DNA from: Chloroflexota bacterium
GTDB taxonomy: Bacteria > Chloroflexota > Dormibacteria > CF-121
Direction of reading: 5' to 3'
Length of the DNA stretch: 64,000 bases
Assembly: GCA_005882775.1 (NCBI GenBank)
Contig: VBDY01000120.1
Coordinates: 3,357 to 67,356 of the forward strand
The translations under genes and the position numbers were made by a program. The notes below the pieces were generated by a model, which did not search any database, had not been told where the DNA came from, and saw only the letters and a list, made by a program, of their open reading frames with translations. Shown here in pieces: positions 47,508-57,385 of the stretch (its first letter is position 1; the number at the start of each line of letters is the position of its first letter).

Positions 47508-47863
47508 CAGGAGGCCTCGGCAGGCGCCGCGGCCGCGGTCGGCGCGGGGGCCGGCGCCGCGGGCTCGGCCGGGACAGCCGCCTTCGCCGGCTTGCTGGGC
47601 CGCTTGCGTGCCGATTCCTTGGGGAGAAGCCCCTGGTCGATCAGGAATGCCCGGGCCGTGTCGGATGGCCGCGCGCCTTTCTGCAGCCAGCTCTTGACCT
47701 TCTCCTGGTCGATGTTGAGCTTGACCGGATCGGTCATCGGGTCGTAGGTGCCCAGGATCTCGATGAACTTTCCATCCCTGGGCGAACGCGTGTCGGCTAC
47801 CACCAAACGGTAGAACGGGTGCTTTTTGGCGCCAATCCGGCGCAGACGAATCTTGACTGACAT
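47507..47863 (-). CDS. rpsP: 30S ribosomal protein S16
   Basis: MSVKIRLRRIGAKKHPFYRLVVAD.RSPRDGKFIE; Ala/Pro-rich tail. Confidence 0.98.
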   Translation of the reverse strand: MSVKIRLRRIGAKKHPFYRLVVADTRSPRDGKFIEILGTYDPMTDPVKLNIDQEKVKSWLQKGARPSDTARAFLIDQGLLPKESARKRPSKPAKAAVPAEPAAPAPAPTAAAAPAEAS

Positions 47864-49204
47864 CTAGCCTCCTTTGAGCAATTGCGCGGGATCGATTGGT
47901 AAGCCACGAAACTTCTTCCCCTTCCCCATCTGCTTCATCAGCTGCTGCATCTGCTGGAATCCCTTGAGCAGCCGGTTGACGGCTGCGATGTCGGACCCGG
48001 AGCCGGCGGCGATCCTGCGCCGGCGGTTGCCATCGATCATCTCCGGCCGCTCGCGCTCAGCCGGGGTCATGGACAGGATGATCGCCTCCATCCGTCGCAG
48101 CTGGTCGTCGCTCGGCATGGCGCCGGCCACATCCTTCAGACGGCCGGCACCCGGAATCATCCCGATCAGGCCCTCCAGCGGCCCCATCTTCTTGACCTGC
48201 TTCAGCTGCTCCATGAAATCGGTCAGGGTCAGGCGGCCGGCGCGGAGTTTTTTCTCCATGTCGCGGGCCTGGGTTTCATCCACGTGCTCCTGCGCCTTTT
48301 CGATCAGGGTCAGGACGTCGCCCATCCCCAGGATCCGCGACGCCATCCGGTCCGGGTAGAAAACCTCGAAATCGGTCAGCTTCTCACCCACGCCGACGAA
48401 CTGGATGGGACACTGGGTTACCGCCCGCAAAGAGAGCGCGGCGCCACCGCGCGCGTCGCCGTCGAGCTTGGTCAGGATGGCGCCGGTGAGCGAGATTGTC
48501 TGCTGGAAGGCCGTGGTCACGCTCACCGCCTGCTGGCCGGTCATGGCATCGAGCACCAGCAGTCGATGACGGCTCGGCACCGCCGCCGCGATCCGTTTCA
48601 GCTCGTCGAGCAGGTCCTGGTCGACCTGCAGCCGACCGGCGGTGTCCAGCAGGATGACGTCGGCGTTGACCCGCCGTGCCTCCTCAACCGAGGCCGTGGC
48701 GATCTGGACCGGATCGGTGTTGCGCGGCGCAAAGGACGGAAGCGACAGGCTGGTGGCGAGCACCTCGAGCTGCTCCATGGCGGCCGGGCGGCGGACGTCG
48801 GTGGAGACCAGCAGCGGGCGATGGCCTTCGCGGCGGGTGAAGAGCGCGAGTTTTCCGGCCGTCGTGGTCTTACCCGACCCCTGCAGCCCGGCCAGCACGA
48901 TCACGGTCGGCGGTGACGGCGCATAGGTCATCGGCTCGCGCGTTCCGAGCAGCGCGATCAGCTCCTCGTGCACGATCTTGACCAGCTGCTGGCCCGGGGT
49001 AAGGCTCTCCATCACCTCCGCCCCCACCGCCCGCTCCCGGATGCGAGCGATGAAATCCCGGGCGACCTTGTAGTTGACGTCGGCTTCGAGCAGGGCCAGC
49101 CTGATGTCGCGCAGGCCTGCGTCGACGTCAGCCTCGCTCAGCTTGCCCCGGCCGGTCAGCTTCTTCAGCGCGGCGTCGAGCCGGCCGGTCAGCGAGTCAA
49201 ACAT
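47864..49204 (-). CDS. ffh: Signal recognition particle protein
   Basis: GLQGSGKTT, DTAGR, TKLDGDARGG and M-domain SMTP.ER. Confidence 0.98.
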   Translation of the reverse strand: MFDSLTGRLDAALKKLTGRGKLSEADVDAGLRDIRLALLEADVNYKVARDFIARIRERAVGAEVMESLTPGQQLVKIVHEELIALLGTREPMTYAPSPPTVIVLAGLQGSGKTTTAGKLALFTRREGHRPLLVSTDVRRPAAMEQLEVLATSLSLPSFAPRNTDPVQIATASVEEARRVNADVILLDTAGRLQVDQDLLDELKRIAAAVPSRHRLLVLDAMTGQQAVSVTTAFQQTISLTGAILTKLDGDARGGAALSLRAVTQCPIQFVGVGEKLTDFEVFYPDRMASRILGMGDVLTLIEKAQEHVDETQARDMEKKLRAGRLTLTDFMEQLKQVKKMGPLEGLIGMIPGAGRLKDVAGAMPSDDQLRRMEAIILSMTPAERERPEMIDGNRRRRIAAGSGSDIAAVNRLLKGFQQMQQLMKQMGKGKKFRGLPIDPAQLLKGG

Positions 49205-49219
49205 CAGGGCCGCACCGAC

Positions 49220-49552
49220 TCAGGTCGTCTCCGCGATGGCGCGGCTGAGCGCGGTCAGCTGGCGCTCGAGCCCCAGGAGGCGTCGCTGCACCGCATCTAT
49301 GGATCGCGCCCGGGAGCGACGCTGACGCTCCAACCGGAGCTTGCGCTCGTACAGGTCGAGGCTCAACGCGGTCCGGCGCACCAGGTCATAGATGGCGGTG
49401 CGGCTGACGCTTTCGCGCTCAGCTATCTCCCCGTACGACCAATCTTCCTCCCAGGCGAGGTGCACGATCCGCCGTTGATGCTCGGTCAGCAGGGATCCGT
49501 AGAGGTCGAGCAGCCGGATCCGTCGCTGACGCACCCCCGCACTGTTAAGCAT
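49220..49552 (-). CDS. ylxM: YlxM family sigma-region-4-like HTH protein
   Basis: LLDLYGSLLTEHQR....L...EDWS.GEIAE...VSR.AIYD..RR....L..YE.KL; sits upstream of ffh. Confidence 0.9.
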   Translation of the reverse strand: MLNSAGVRQRRIRLLDLYGSLLTEHQRRIVHLAWEEDWSYGEIAERESVSRTAIYDLVRRTALSLDLYERKLRLERQRRSRARSIDAVQRRLLGLERQLTALSRAIAETT

Positions 49553-49569
49553 TATGCCTTGACAGTATA
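49541..49569. promoter_or_regulatory. Palindrome ACTGTTAAG-N8-CTTGACAGT overlapping the ylxM -10 box and start
   Basis: 9-bp arms with one mismatch; minus-strand TATACT at 49564-49569; ATG at 49552 lies in the spacer. Confidence 0.65.
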
Positions 49570-49611
49570 CGAGCCGGTTGGCGGCGGGGGCCCGGTGACG
49601 GGGCGGTCGGC

Positions 49612-49728
49612 CTAGCGGCTCTCTTCCGCGTTCAGGACTACCTGCAGCAGCCACAGGAATCCCACGACCGCGGCGCCCAGCGCGACCAGCGCCAGCAGAC
49701 CGAGGAGCACGAAGAAGACCGCGGTCAG
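49612..49728 (-). CDS. Unannotated 38-aa single-TM small protein with CTG start
   Basis: GGAGGAG, then 5 nt, then CTG in a CTGA overlap with the upstream stop; (M)TAVFFVLLGLLALVALGAAVVGFLWLLQVVLNAEESR*. Confidence 0.6.
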   Translation of the reverse strand: MTAVFFVLLGLLALVALGAAVVGFLWLLQVVLNAEESR

Positions 49729-49991
49729 GGCTGCTCCTCCTCCCACTCGGGCGCCTGCACGCGTTCGTCCTGGAGGACCTCCATGGCACGGGCGGCCTCA
49801 TCGCGTGGCACCCAGAGATCGACAGTGCCCAGCGGCGCGTTGGTCAGCCCGATGATGGACCCTACTCCCTCATTGCGCAGATAGACCGTGATCCCGGCGG
49901 TTTCCAGGAGAGCTTTCCAGAGGTCGGCCTCGGGCAGCCCGCTGGCGGTCACCAGCTTCACAAAGGTTTCAGTATCTTCGGTCGGTTTCAT
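49725..49991 (-). CDS. DUF2007-like (putative signal-transducing) small protein
   Basis: EA.L.K.LLE.AGI.V.L..E...G.V.LWVP......A.EVL. Confidence 0.8.
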   Translation of the reverse strand: MKPTEDTETFVKLVTASGLPEADLWKALLETAGITVYLRNEGVGSIIGLTNAPLGTVDLWVPRDEAARAMEVLQDERVQAPEWEEEQP

Positions 49992-50947
49992 GGGTTCTCC
50001 ATCCTCAGCAGGGCCTGCAGGTAGCGCGATGGTTCGAACAGGTCGAGGTCATCCAGCCCTTCCCCGATGCCTACCAGCTTAGTCGGAACGCCGAGCTCCT
50101 CTTCAATCCCCAGGATCACCCCCGCCCGGGCGCTCCCGTCCAGCTTGGTTACAACCAGTCCGCTCAGACCGATCGCGTCCCTAAAGACCTTGACCTGCTG
50201 CGCCGAGTTCTGTCCGATATGTGCATCCAGGACGGCCAGCACCTCCTGGGGAGCGTTCGGATCGAGTCTCTGCACCACCCGCCGGACCTTGCGCAGCTCC
50301 TCCATCAGGTCGTTGCGGGTATGCAGGCGCCCGGCGGTATCGACCAGCACCACGTCGGCCCCGCGGGCCCGCGCCGCTTCGACCGCGTCGAAGGCAACCG
50401 CGCCTGGGTCCGCCCCCGCCTGGTGGGCGACCACCTCCACCCCGGCTCGCTCCGCCCAGAGCCGCAGCTGGTCGACCGCGGCTGCTCGATAGGTGTCGGC
50501 CGCGGCGAGCAGCGGGCGACGACCCCTCGAGCGAAGCAGATGGGCCAGCTTGCCGATCGTGGTCGTCTTGCCGGATCCATTGACGCCCACCACCAGGACC
50601 ACCGCCGGCTTGCCGTCGAGGTTGAGAGCGCGGGGGAGCTCGTCCATGCGGCTTGCCAGGATGTCTCTCAGATAGGTGAGCGCCTCCTGGGGAGATCGCA
50701 CGTGCGCGCCGGCGGCCTGGCTTCTGAGCTCCTCCACCACAGCCTCGGTCGTCTTTACCCCGACATCGGCCGCCAGCAGGGTTGACTCGAGGTCCTCCCA
50801 GAAGCTGGCGTCGAGGGCCGGACGTAGGAACACCTCCTTGAGGTCGGCGACGTAGGCGCGCCGTCCGGCGTCCAGGGTGTCGGTGAATCGCTTCCAGAAA
50901 CCGCCACGGGAAGGGGCGGCCGGCTCCGGCGGCGTGTTCGGACTCAT
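49988..50947 (-). CDS. ftsY: SRP receptor FtsY
   Basis: VGVNGSGKTTTIGKLA, DTAGRLH and TKLDGSARAG. ATG at 50947. Confidence 0.96.
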   Translation of the reverse strand: MSPNTPPEPAAPSRGGFWKRFTDTLDAGRRAYVADLKEVFLRPALDASFWEDLESTLLAADVGVKTTEAVVEELRSQAAGAHVRSPQEALTYLRDILASRMDELPRALNLDGKPAVVLVVGVNGSGKTTTIGKLAHLLRSRGRRPLLAAADTYRAAAVDQLRLWAERAGVEVVAHQAGADPGAVAFDAVEAARARGADVVLVDTAGRLHTRNDLMEELRKVRRVVQRLDPNAPQEVLAVLDAHIGQNSAQQVKVFRDAIGLSGLVVTKLDGSARAGVILGIEEELGVPTKLVGIGEGLDDLDLFEPSRYLQALLRMENP

Positions 50948-50981
50948 GAGAACTGGGCGAGCATAGTCGATGGCTGCCTGG

Positions 50982-53900
50982 CTAGGCGGTGCGGCTGGTA
51001 GCGATGCGCGGCATCCGGCTGGCCTCGCCTTCGAGGCGGACCGAGACGATTCGTGAAATTCCGTGCTCGGCAAGGGTGACTCCGTAGAGGACCTCGGCCT
51101 GCGCCATGGTGGAGTGGTTGTGAGTGACGATCAGGAACTGGTGGTCGTTGGCGAGCCGCCTGAGCACCCGGTTGAAGCGGACGACGTTTGCGTCGTCCAG
51201 GGCGGCGTCGACCTCGTCCAGCACGTGGAATGGGCTGGGGTTGACGGCCTGCAGTGCGAAGAGGAAGGCGAGCGCAGTCAGGGCCCGCTCGCCCCCCGAC
51301 AGCAGGGTCAGCGGTTGCAGCCGTTTGCCCGGGGTCTGAGCCAGGATCTCGACACCGTCGTCGAGGGGATTCCCGTCGTGCTGGGTATCCAGCCGCAGGG
51401 TGGCGCGGCCGCCCTCGAAGAGCTCGACGAAGAACTCCTGGAAATTCACCGCGACTGACTGAAACACGGTGCGAAAACGGGAGTCGATCTCTTCCTCGAG
51501 GCGCTGCCGCAGCTCGGTGAGCTGGGCGGCCGCAGCCTCCAGGTCGGTCAGCTGCGTCGCCAGGCTCTCGCAGCGCGCCTGCAGCTGCCCGAACTCCTCG
51601 GGAGCCAGCAGGTTGACCGCGCCCATGCCGTCGAGCCGGCGCTGCAAGCGCGAGACCTCGCGCTCCGTCTTCTGCCAGTCGACCTCCTCCATCGACTCTG
51701 GGTCGTGAAGCGCCTGGCCGTCTTCCCGCAGGGCCTCGGCACAGCGTTCCACCTCAGCCTTCGCCAGGGCGATCTCTTCCGACGCAGAGCCGACTGCATC
51801 GTCCGATTGGGCGAACGCGACCTTGAGCACGACGTTGCGCTGCTCATCCTGCTGGAGCTGCTCTTCGAGCGTGCGCAGCGCGTCCCCATCCGGGAGAGCT
51901 TCGGCCTCGAGGCCGGCAAGCTGCATTGTCACCTCGCCGGCGGAGGAGACCCAAGCGAGTCGCTCCGTCTCTATCACAGAAGGTTGAGTGGCGAGCGCCT
52001 GGGCGGCGGCCTGACGCTGGGCGAGATCGTCGCCGTGCGAACGCCAGACCTGGCGAGCTCGGTCCAGCTGACGAATCAGGTCCTCGTGCCGCTGTGCGCA
52101 TAAAGCAGTCCTCAGCTCGGCCTCCTGGCGGCGCTGCTGATGACCGGCACGCAGGCCGTCGTGCTCGCCCAAGCGCTGATCGATGGCGGCCAGCTCCTGG
52201 CGGGCACGGTCCTCCTCCGCGCCCGATCGTTCCTGGCGTTCCTCGGCGCCGGCCTCGAGCCGCTCGGCATCCAGCAGGAGCGCCACCAGCCTGGCGACCT
52301 TGCCGGCAAGGTCTTGGCCGAGCGCGCGCTCCCGATCCCCGGCGACGGCGCCGGCGCTGGCCAGAGCGTTCACCCGGGCATGCTCGGCGCGGGCGGCGTC
52401 GAGATGGACCTGGGCAGCCGCTCGTTCCGCCAGCAGGCCGGCCTGAGCGGCGGTGGCCGACTGGAGGCTCGCCCGGGCGATGCGCAAAGACTTCTGGGTC
52501 CGCTCGCGGGCGGATTCGACCTCGCGAAACTGGGCTTCCGCCTGCAAAGGCGCGTGCGGAGGACGGCCACCTCGATAGGCGAATGACGTGACGAGCTCGC
52601 CGGATCGGGTCACGACTCGCAGGTCGGGATTGGCATTGAGGAGCCGGCGAGCCGCCGCCAGGTTCTCCGCCACGGCGACCTGCGCCAGCAGCCGGTCGAT
52701 CAGGGGTTGAATCGCCGCCGGCGCTTTGACCCGGTCTTTCAAACTCTCGACACCAGCGGGCACCGGATCAGCCGCGCCTGCCGGCGGATTGAACAGGATC
52801 GTCTCGCGCTCGCTGGTGCCGTCACCGCTGAGCAGCGAGATGGCCCGGTCCGCGCTGTCCAAGTCCGCAGCGACCCAGCCGAGGAGCCAGTCTGCCAGCA
52901 CGGCCTCCACCGCCGGTTGGAACTCGACCGGCACGGTCACCGCATGCAGCAGGCGTTCCAGCCCGATGTCAGTCTTCTCGCTGAGCGGGCTGCGGGGCTG
53001 AGCTCGCTCGCGCAGAAGCGAGAGGGCAGCGTATTCCGCATCCTTCACCTGGGCCTCGGTGCCCGCCGACTCGACGATCCGTTCGGCCTCGGAGACAGCA
53101 CCCGCGGCGTCAGACAGGCGGGCATCCAACCCGGCCACCGCGCTCCGGCTCTCACCAAGCTGGCGTTCCGCGCTCTCGAGCATGGCGCGCTGCCGGTCCA
53201 GCTCTTCCAGCAGCTGGCTGTTTCGCTCCGACCATGCAGTGAGCTCCGCCTGTGCCGCGTCGCGCTGCTCGCGGAGAAACTGGCAGCGCCCCTCGAGCTG
53301 GCGCAGCTCCGCCTGCACGGTCAGGCGGGCGCGATGGATCTCCTGGAGTCGACGATCGCAGGTTTCGCGGTCCGCCTCGAGGCCGGCGCGTGCCTCGCGC
53401 CCGGCGCTTTCGTCGGCCGCTGCCCCGGCTGCCAGGCGTTTCGACTCCTCAAGCTCGGCAACAGCTTCCTGCACCGCGCGCTCCAGCTCTTCGACCACCT
53501 GACCCCCGGCGCGCTCGGAGGCCTGCAGCCGGGTCGTCTCTTCCCGGGCGGCGTCCAGCGCCTGCCGGGCGGACTCGCGGCGCTGTTCCGCGATCCGGAC
53601 CTGGTGCTCGGCATCGGCCAGACGGAGTCGTAGGTCGGCCAGCGCCTGCTGGTGGTTCCAGCGCGCCTCCCGAGCCGAGGCCAGCTCGGTCCGGTGGCGC
53701 TCATAAACCGGCTCGAAATCCGCCAGCGCCGCGGTCGCCGCCTCGCGCTTGTTGCGAGCCATCTGCTCACGGGTTTGGGCTTTGCGCAGCTGCACCATCG
53801 CCTTGCGCCAGGTGTCGCGGGCCAGGCTGCCCTGCAGCACCTTGAGCTGGGCGGCGACCCGCTGATATTCTTCGGCCGCGACCGCCTGCGAGCGAAGCTC

Positions 53901-54509
53901 CTCGGCGCGCGGGTTCAACTCATCCAGCAGGTCACGGGCGCGGCGCATGTCTCGTTCCGCGTCGTTCAGCCGGTTCAGGGCTTCCTGCCGCTGGTCTCGC
54001 AGGCGGCGGACTCCGGCGGCCTCCTCGATCAGCTCGCGCCGGAGTGCCGGAGCGGCCTGGATCACATAGTCGATGTCGTTCTGGGCGACCACCGCGTAGC
54101 CGTCCTGACGCAGCCCGGTGCTGGCCAGCAGGGCATCGATATCCTTCAGCCGGGCACGGGTGCCGTTGATCAGGTACTCGCTCTCGCCAGACCGGAAGAG
54201 GCGACGCGCCACCTCGATCTCGGAGAACTCGACGTTGATGCGCTGCTCGGCGTTGTCGATGGTGAGGGAGACCTCGGCCATCCCCACCGCAGATTTGCCC
54301 GGACCACCGGCATAGATGACGTCTTCCATCCGGTTGCCCCTAAGCCCACGCGCGTTGCGCTCGCCCAGCGCCCAGCGGATCGCGTCCACCAGGTTGGATT
54401 TGCCGCTACCGTTCGGCCCGACGATGGCGGTGATGCCGCGACCGAATGGAAGATCGATCCTGCGCGCAAAGGTCTTGAAACCCTGGACGCGCAGCGACTT
54501 GAGATACAT
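50982..54509 (-). CDS. smc: Chromosome segregation protein SMC
   Basis: GFKTFA, VGPNGSGKSN, long coiled coils with hinge, LSGGERAL and LDEVDAALD. Confidence 0.97.
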   Translation of the reverse strand: MYLKSLRVQGFKTFARRIDLPFGRGITAIVGPNGSGKSNLVDAIRWALGERNARGLRGNRMEDVIYAGGPGKSAVGMAEVSLTIDNAEQRINVEFSEIEVARRLFRSGESEYLINGTRARLKDIDALLASTGLRQDGYAVVAQNDIDYVIQAAPALRRELIEEAAGVRRLRDQRQEALNRLNDAERDMRRARDLLDELNPRAEELRSQAVAAEEYQRVAAQLKVLQGSLARDTWRKAMVQLRKAQTREQMARNKREAATAALADFEPVYERHRTELASAREARWNHQQALADLRLRLADAEHQVRIAEQRRESARQALDAAREETTRLQASERAGGQVVEELERAVQEAVAELEESKRLAAGAAADESAGREARAGLEADRETCDRRLQEIHRARLTVQAELRQLEGRCQFLREQRDAAQAELTAWSERNSQLLEELDRQRAMLESAERQLGESRSAVAGLDARLSDAAGAVSEAERIVESAGTEAQVKDAEYAALSLLRERAQPRSPLSEKTDIGLERLLHAVTVPVEFQPAVEAVLADWLLGWVAADLDSADRAISLLSGDGTSERETILFNPPAGAADPVPAGVESLKDRVKAPAAIQPLIDRLLAQVAVAENLAAARRLLNANPDLRVVTRSGELVTSFAYRGGRPPHAPLQAEAQFREVESARERTQKSLRIARASLQSATAAQAGLLAERAAAQVHLDAARAEHARVNALASAGAVAGDRERALGQDLAGKVARLVALLLDAERLEAGAEERQERSGAEEDRARQELAAIDQRLGEHDGLRAGHQQRRQEAELRTALCAQRHEDLIRQLDRARQVWRSHGDDLAQRQAAAQALATQPSVIETERLAWVSSAGEVTMQLAGLEAEALPDGDALRTLEEQLQQDEQRNVVLKVAFAQSDDAVGSASEEIALAKAEVERCAEALREDGQALHDPESMEEVDWQKTEREVSRLQRRLDGMGAVNLLAPEEFGQLQARCESLATQLTDLEAAAAQLTELRQRLEEEIDSRFRTVFQSVAVNFQEFFVELFEGGRATLRLDTQHDGNPLDDGVEILAQTPGKRLQPLTLLSGGERALTALAFLFALQAVNPSPFHVLDEVDAALDDANVVRFNRVLRRLANDHQFLIVTHNHSTMAQAEVLYGVTLAEHGISRIVSVRLEGEASRMPRIATSRTA

Positions 54510-54635
54510 CAGGCGGTCAGGGTCGGTAAACTGCCCAGGTCAAGCTGAGCCATCGCGCCATCTGTGACGTAAGCATGAACCGCGGCGCGGGTCACTTGGT
54601 GCTTTATATCACAGCGCTCGCGTGAAGCGCGACTG

Positions 54636-55403
54636 TTAGCGTCCCGACTCGTGGGCCGCCACCGCCTCCAGGACCTCATCAGATGCCGGCGGATGGTCGA
54701 GCGCGCCCAGCGCGGCAAGCGCCTCCCGCGCCGCCATCTGCTCGGCCGCCCGCTTGGTGCGGCCGCGGCCGATCCCCTGGATCCCGTTACCGAAGGTGAC
54801 TTCGGCCATGTACTCACGCCGGTGCCCCGGCCCGGATGCGGAAACGATGTCGTACTGGGGCGTGGTCAGAAACCGCTCCTGCGTTACCTCCTGGAGCCGG
54901 CCCTTGTAGTTGTCGTCCGGCCACGCCTGGACGTCGATCAGGCTGCGGCTGAAGACGCGATAGGCGGCCCGGTAGCCCTGGTCCAGGAAGATCGCCCCGA
55001 TCACCGCCTCGAAGGTGTTGGCCAGGATCGACTGCAGCGACCGGGCGCCGGTCTTGTGCGCGCCCTTGCCGAGCAGCAGGTAATCGCCCAGGCTGAGCCG
55101 GGAGGCGAGCCGGGCCAGGCTCTTGGTGTTGACCACCGAGGCCCGCAGCCGAGTCAGCTCACCCTCGTCCGACGTCTGGTAGGTGTGGTACAGGTGCTCC
55201 GCCGCGATCAGCTCCAGCACCGCGTCGCCCAGGTACTCCAGCCGCTCGTTGTCGGCCAGTCCGGCCTCGGGGTGCTCGTTGTTGTAGGAGCGATGGGTCA
55301 GCGCCTGCCGAAGCAGAGACGTGTCGTGGAAGCGGACGCGGAGCGTCCGCTGGAGTCTCTGGAGCGGCTCGTCGGCCTGGGCGTCTTTAGGCTTAGGTGG
55401 TAA
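54636..55403 (-). CDS. rnc: Ribonuclease III (start codon uncertain)
   Basis: [29 protein letters not shown] and a dsRBD. No ATG/GTG/TTG between the catalytic domain and the TTG at 55499, deep inside acpP. Confidence 0.93.
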   Translation of the reverse strand, partial: LPPKPKDAQADEPLQRLQRTLRVRFHDTSLLRQALTHRSYNNEHPEAGLADNERLEYLGDAVLELIAAEHLYHTYQTSDEGELTRLRASVVNTKSLARLASRLSLGDYLLLGKGAHKTGARSLQSILANTFEAVIGAIFLDQGYRAAYRVFSRSLIDVQAWPDDNYKGRLQEVTQERFLTTPQYDIVSASGPGHRREYMAEVTFGNGIQGIGRGRTKRAAEQMAAREALAALGALDHPPASDEVLEAVAAHESGR

Positions 55404-55641
55404 TTCCGAGCTTTTCTTGGACGTAGTCCCAAGCCTGGCCGACGGTCTGGATCTTTTCAGCGTCTTCGTCAGAAATCTCCACTCCGTATTCTTCCTCAAA
55501 CGCCATGATCAGCTCGACCAGGTCGAGCGAATCGGCATTCAGGTCATCAACGAACGAGGCGTCGGGCGTGACCTGCTCGAGCTCAACCCCGAGCTGTTCC
55601 GTGATGATTCTCTTGAACTTGTCGTAGCTGCTGCCGTCCAT
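55393..55641 (-). CDS. acpP: Acyl carrier protein
   Basis: [22 protein letters not shown]; ATG at 55641 after AGGGGG (alternative 55659). Confidence 0.97.
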   Translation of the reverse strand: MDGSSYDKFKRIITEQLGVELEQVTPDASFVDDLNADSLDLVELIMAFEEEYGVEISDEDAEKIQTVGQAWDYVQEKLGITT

Positions 55642-55707
55642 CCCGACCCCCTGCACCATGTGGCGGTCAAATTGTAGCGAGGCCGGCCCGGTTTTGGACA
55701 GAGCCGG

Positions 55708-56460
55708 TCAAATCGGCAGCCCCCCATCGATGCCCAGGACCTGGCCGGTGATGTAGGCAGCCTCCTTCGAGGCGAGGAAGACGATGGCAGGCGCCACGTC
55801 GTCCGGCGTACCCAAGCGCTGGATGGCCGCCGCCTGGCGGGCTCGCTCCAGGAGCTCGGCGGGCAGCTCCCTGGTGAGGTCGGTGGTGATGAAGCCGGGC
55901 GCGACCGCGTTGACGGTGATGTTTCGGGAGCCGACCTCCTTTGCCAGCGCCCTGGTGAAACCGATCAGCCCGGCCTTGGCCGCACTGTAGTTGGCCTGGC
56001 CGGCATTGCCGGCCACCCCGGCCAGAGAGGAAACGTTGACGATCCGACCGTAGCGCTGCTTGAGCATGGGGCGCAGCGCGGCCTTGGAAGTCAGGAATGG
56101 GCCACGCAGGTTGGTCGTGATCACATCATCCCAATCCGCCTCGCTCATGCGCATCACCAGGGTGTCGCGGGTGATGCCGGCATTGTTGACGAGCACATCG
56201 AGCCTGCCCCAACGTTTGACCACGGCGTCGACGATCGCGGCCGGGGCTGCGGATTCGGTGATGTCGGCCTGCAGCGCGAGGCCTTCCCCTCCCCCGTCGA
56301 CGATCGCCTGGACGACCGCGTCCGCGTCCGCCTTCTGGGTGCGGTAGGTGATCGCGACCTGGGCGCCTGCCCGGCCGAAAGCCGCCGCCGTGGCCCTGCC
56401 AATGCCGCGGCTGCCTCCGGTGACCAGGATCACCTGGCCTTTGAAAGCGTCAGGCGGCAT
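55708..56460 (-). CDS. fabG: 3-oxoacyl-ACP reductase
   Basis: VTGGSRGIG, NNAGITRD, GQANYSAAKAG and VAPGFI.T. Confidence 0.96.
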   Translation of the reverse strand: MPPDAFKGQVILVTGGSRGIGRATAAAFGRAGAQVAITYRTQKADADAVVQAIVDGGGEGLALQADITESAAPAAIVDAVVKRWGRLDVLVNNAGITRDTLVMRMSEADWDDVITTNLRGPFLTSKAALRPMLKQRYGRIVNVSSLAGVAGNAGQANYSAAKAGLIGFTRALAKEVGSRNITVNAVAPGFITTDLTRELPAELLERARQAAAIQRLGTPDDVAPAIVFLASKEAAYITGQVLGIDGGLPI

Positions 56461-57385
56461 GGGCGACCTTCAGGAACGCGTCGAGGGTCTTCAGGTCCTC
56501 GACGTTGTGCACGGTCGCGGTTGGGATGATCTTTTTCACCAGCGCGGTCAGGGTGCGCTTGGGGCCGACCTCGACAAAAGTATCCACCCCGAGCCGGGCG
56601 AGCCGGAGAACACTGGCCGACCAGCGGACCGGGCCGGTCAGCTGCCGCACCATCAGGTCACGGATGTCGGACGGTTCGCGGTGCAGCTCTGCATCGGTGT
56701 TGAATACCTGGTCCCTGTCGAGCGGACGCAGATCTATCCTCGACCAGGTACCGGCGAAGGTCAGGGCAGCCTGCCGCATCAGGGGGGAGTGAAAGGCGGC
56801 GCTGACGGCCAGGCGAATCACCCGCTTGGCGCCGGCCCGCTCCAGCGACACGGTCAGGCTGTCGAGAGCGATGTCCGTACCCGAGATCACGACCTGGCCC
56901 GGCGCATTGTAGTTGGCGGGCACCACCTGTCCCCCGCTCAACCGGCAAGCCTCTTCCACCGCCTCGTCGGAAAGCCCCAGGACCGCGGCCATCCCTGTCG
57001 ACGCGGGCGCCGTCGCCGACATTGCCTGCCCGCGCGCCTGGACGGCCAGCATCGCGTCGGCCGGATCGAGTCCGCCGGCTGCCACCAGCCCGGCAAACTC
57101 GCCCAGGCTGTGCCCGGCCACGGCGGCCGGGGCGACCCCGGCATCGGTGAGGTGGCGCAGCAGGGCGAGGCAGTGAAAAGTGATGGCCGGCTGTGCGTGC
57201 TCGGTCGCCTGCAGCGCCGCCTCGGGTCCCTCCAGCATCAGCCGGCGGAGCGGCATCCGCAGCTGTTCCTCGGACTGTCGCAGGAACTCTGCCGACCGGT
57301 CATCTCTCTCGACCAGGTCGCGCGCCATCCCGACGAACTGGGCGCCCTGACCGGGAAAGAGGAAGGCGGCCGAAATTGCCGCTAC
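56450..57385 (-). CDS. fabD: Malonyl-CoA:ACP transacylase (start uncertain: GTA 57385 or ATT 57376)
   Basis: AFLFPGQGAQ, AGHSLGE, ANYN.PGQVVISG and VSAAFHSPLM. Confidence 0.95.
   Translation of the reverse strand, partial: VAAISAAFLFPGQGAQFVGMARDLVERDDRSAEFLRQSEEQLRMPLRRLMLEGPEAALQATEHAQPAITFHCLALLRHLTDAGVAPAAVAGHSLGEFAGLVAAGGLDPADAMLAVQARGQAMSATAPASTGMAAVLGLSDEAVEEACRLSGGQVVPANYNAPGQVVISGTDIALDSLTVSLERAGAKRVIRLAVSAAFHSPLMRQAALTFAGTWSRIDLRPLDRDQVFNTDAELHREPSDIRDLMVRQLTGPVRWSASVLRLARLGVDTFVEVGPKRTLTALVKKIIPTATVHNVEDLKTLDAFLKVAHAA

Noticed and set aside
54510-54635. Possible ncRNA or small ORF (54509..54817) between rnc and smc
   Set aside because: No recognisable RNA family, terminator or RBS; the ORF overlaps rnc out of frame.
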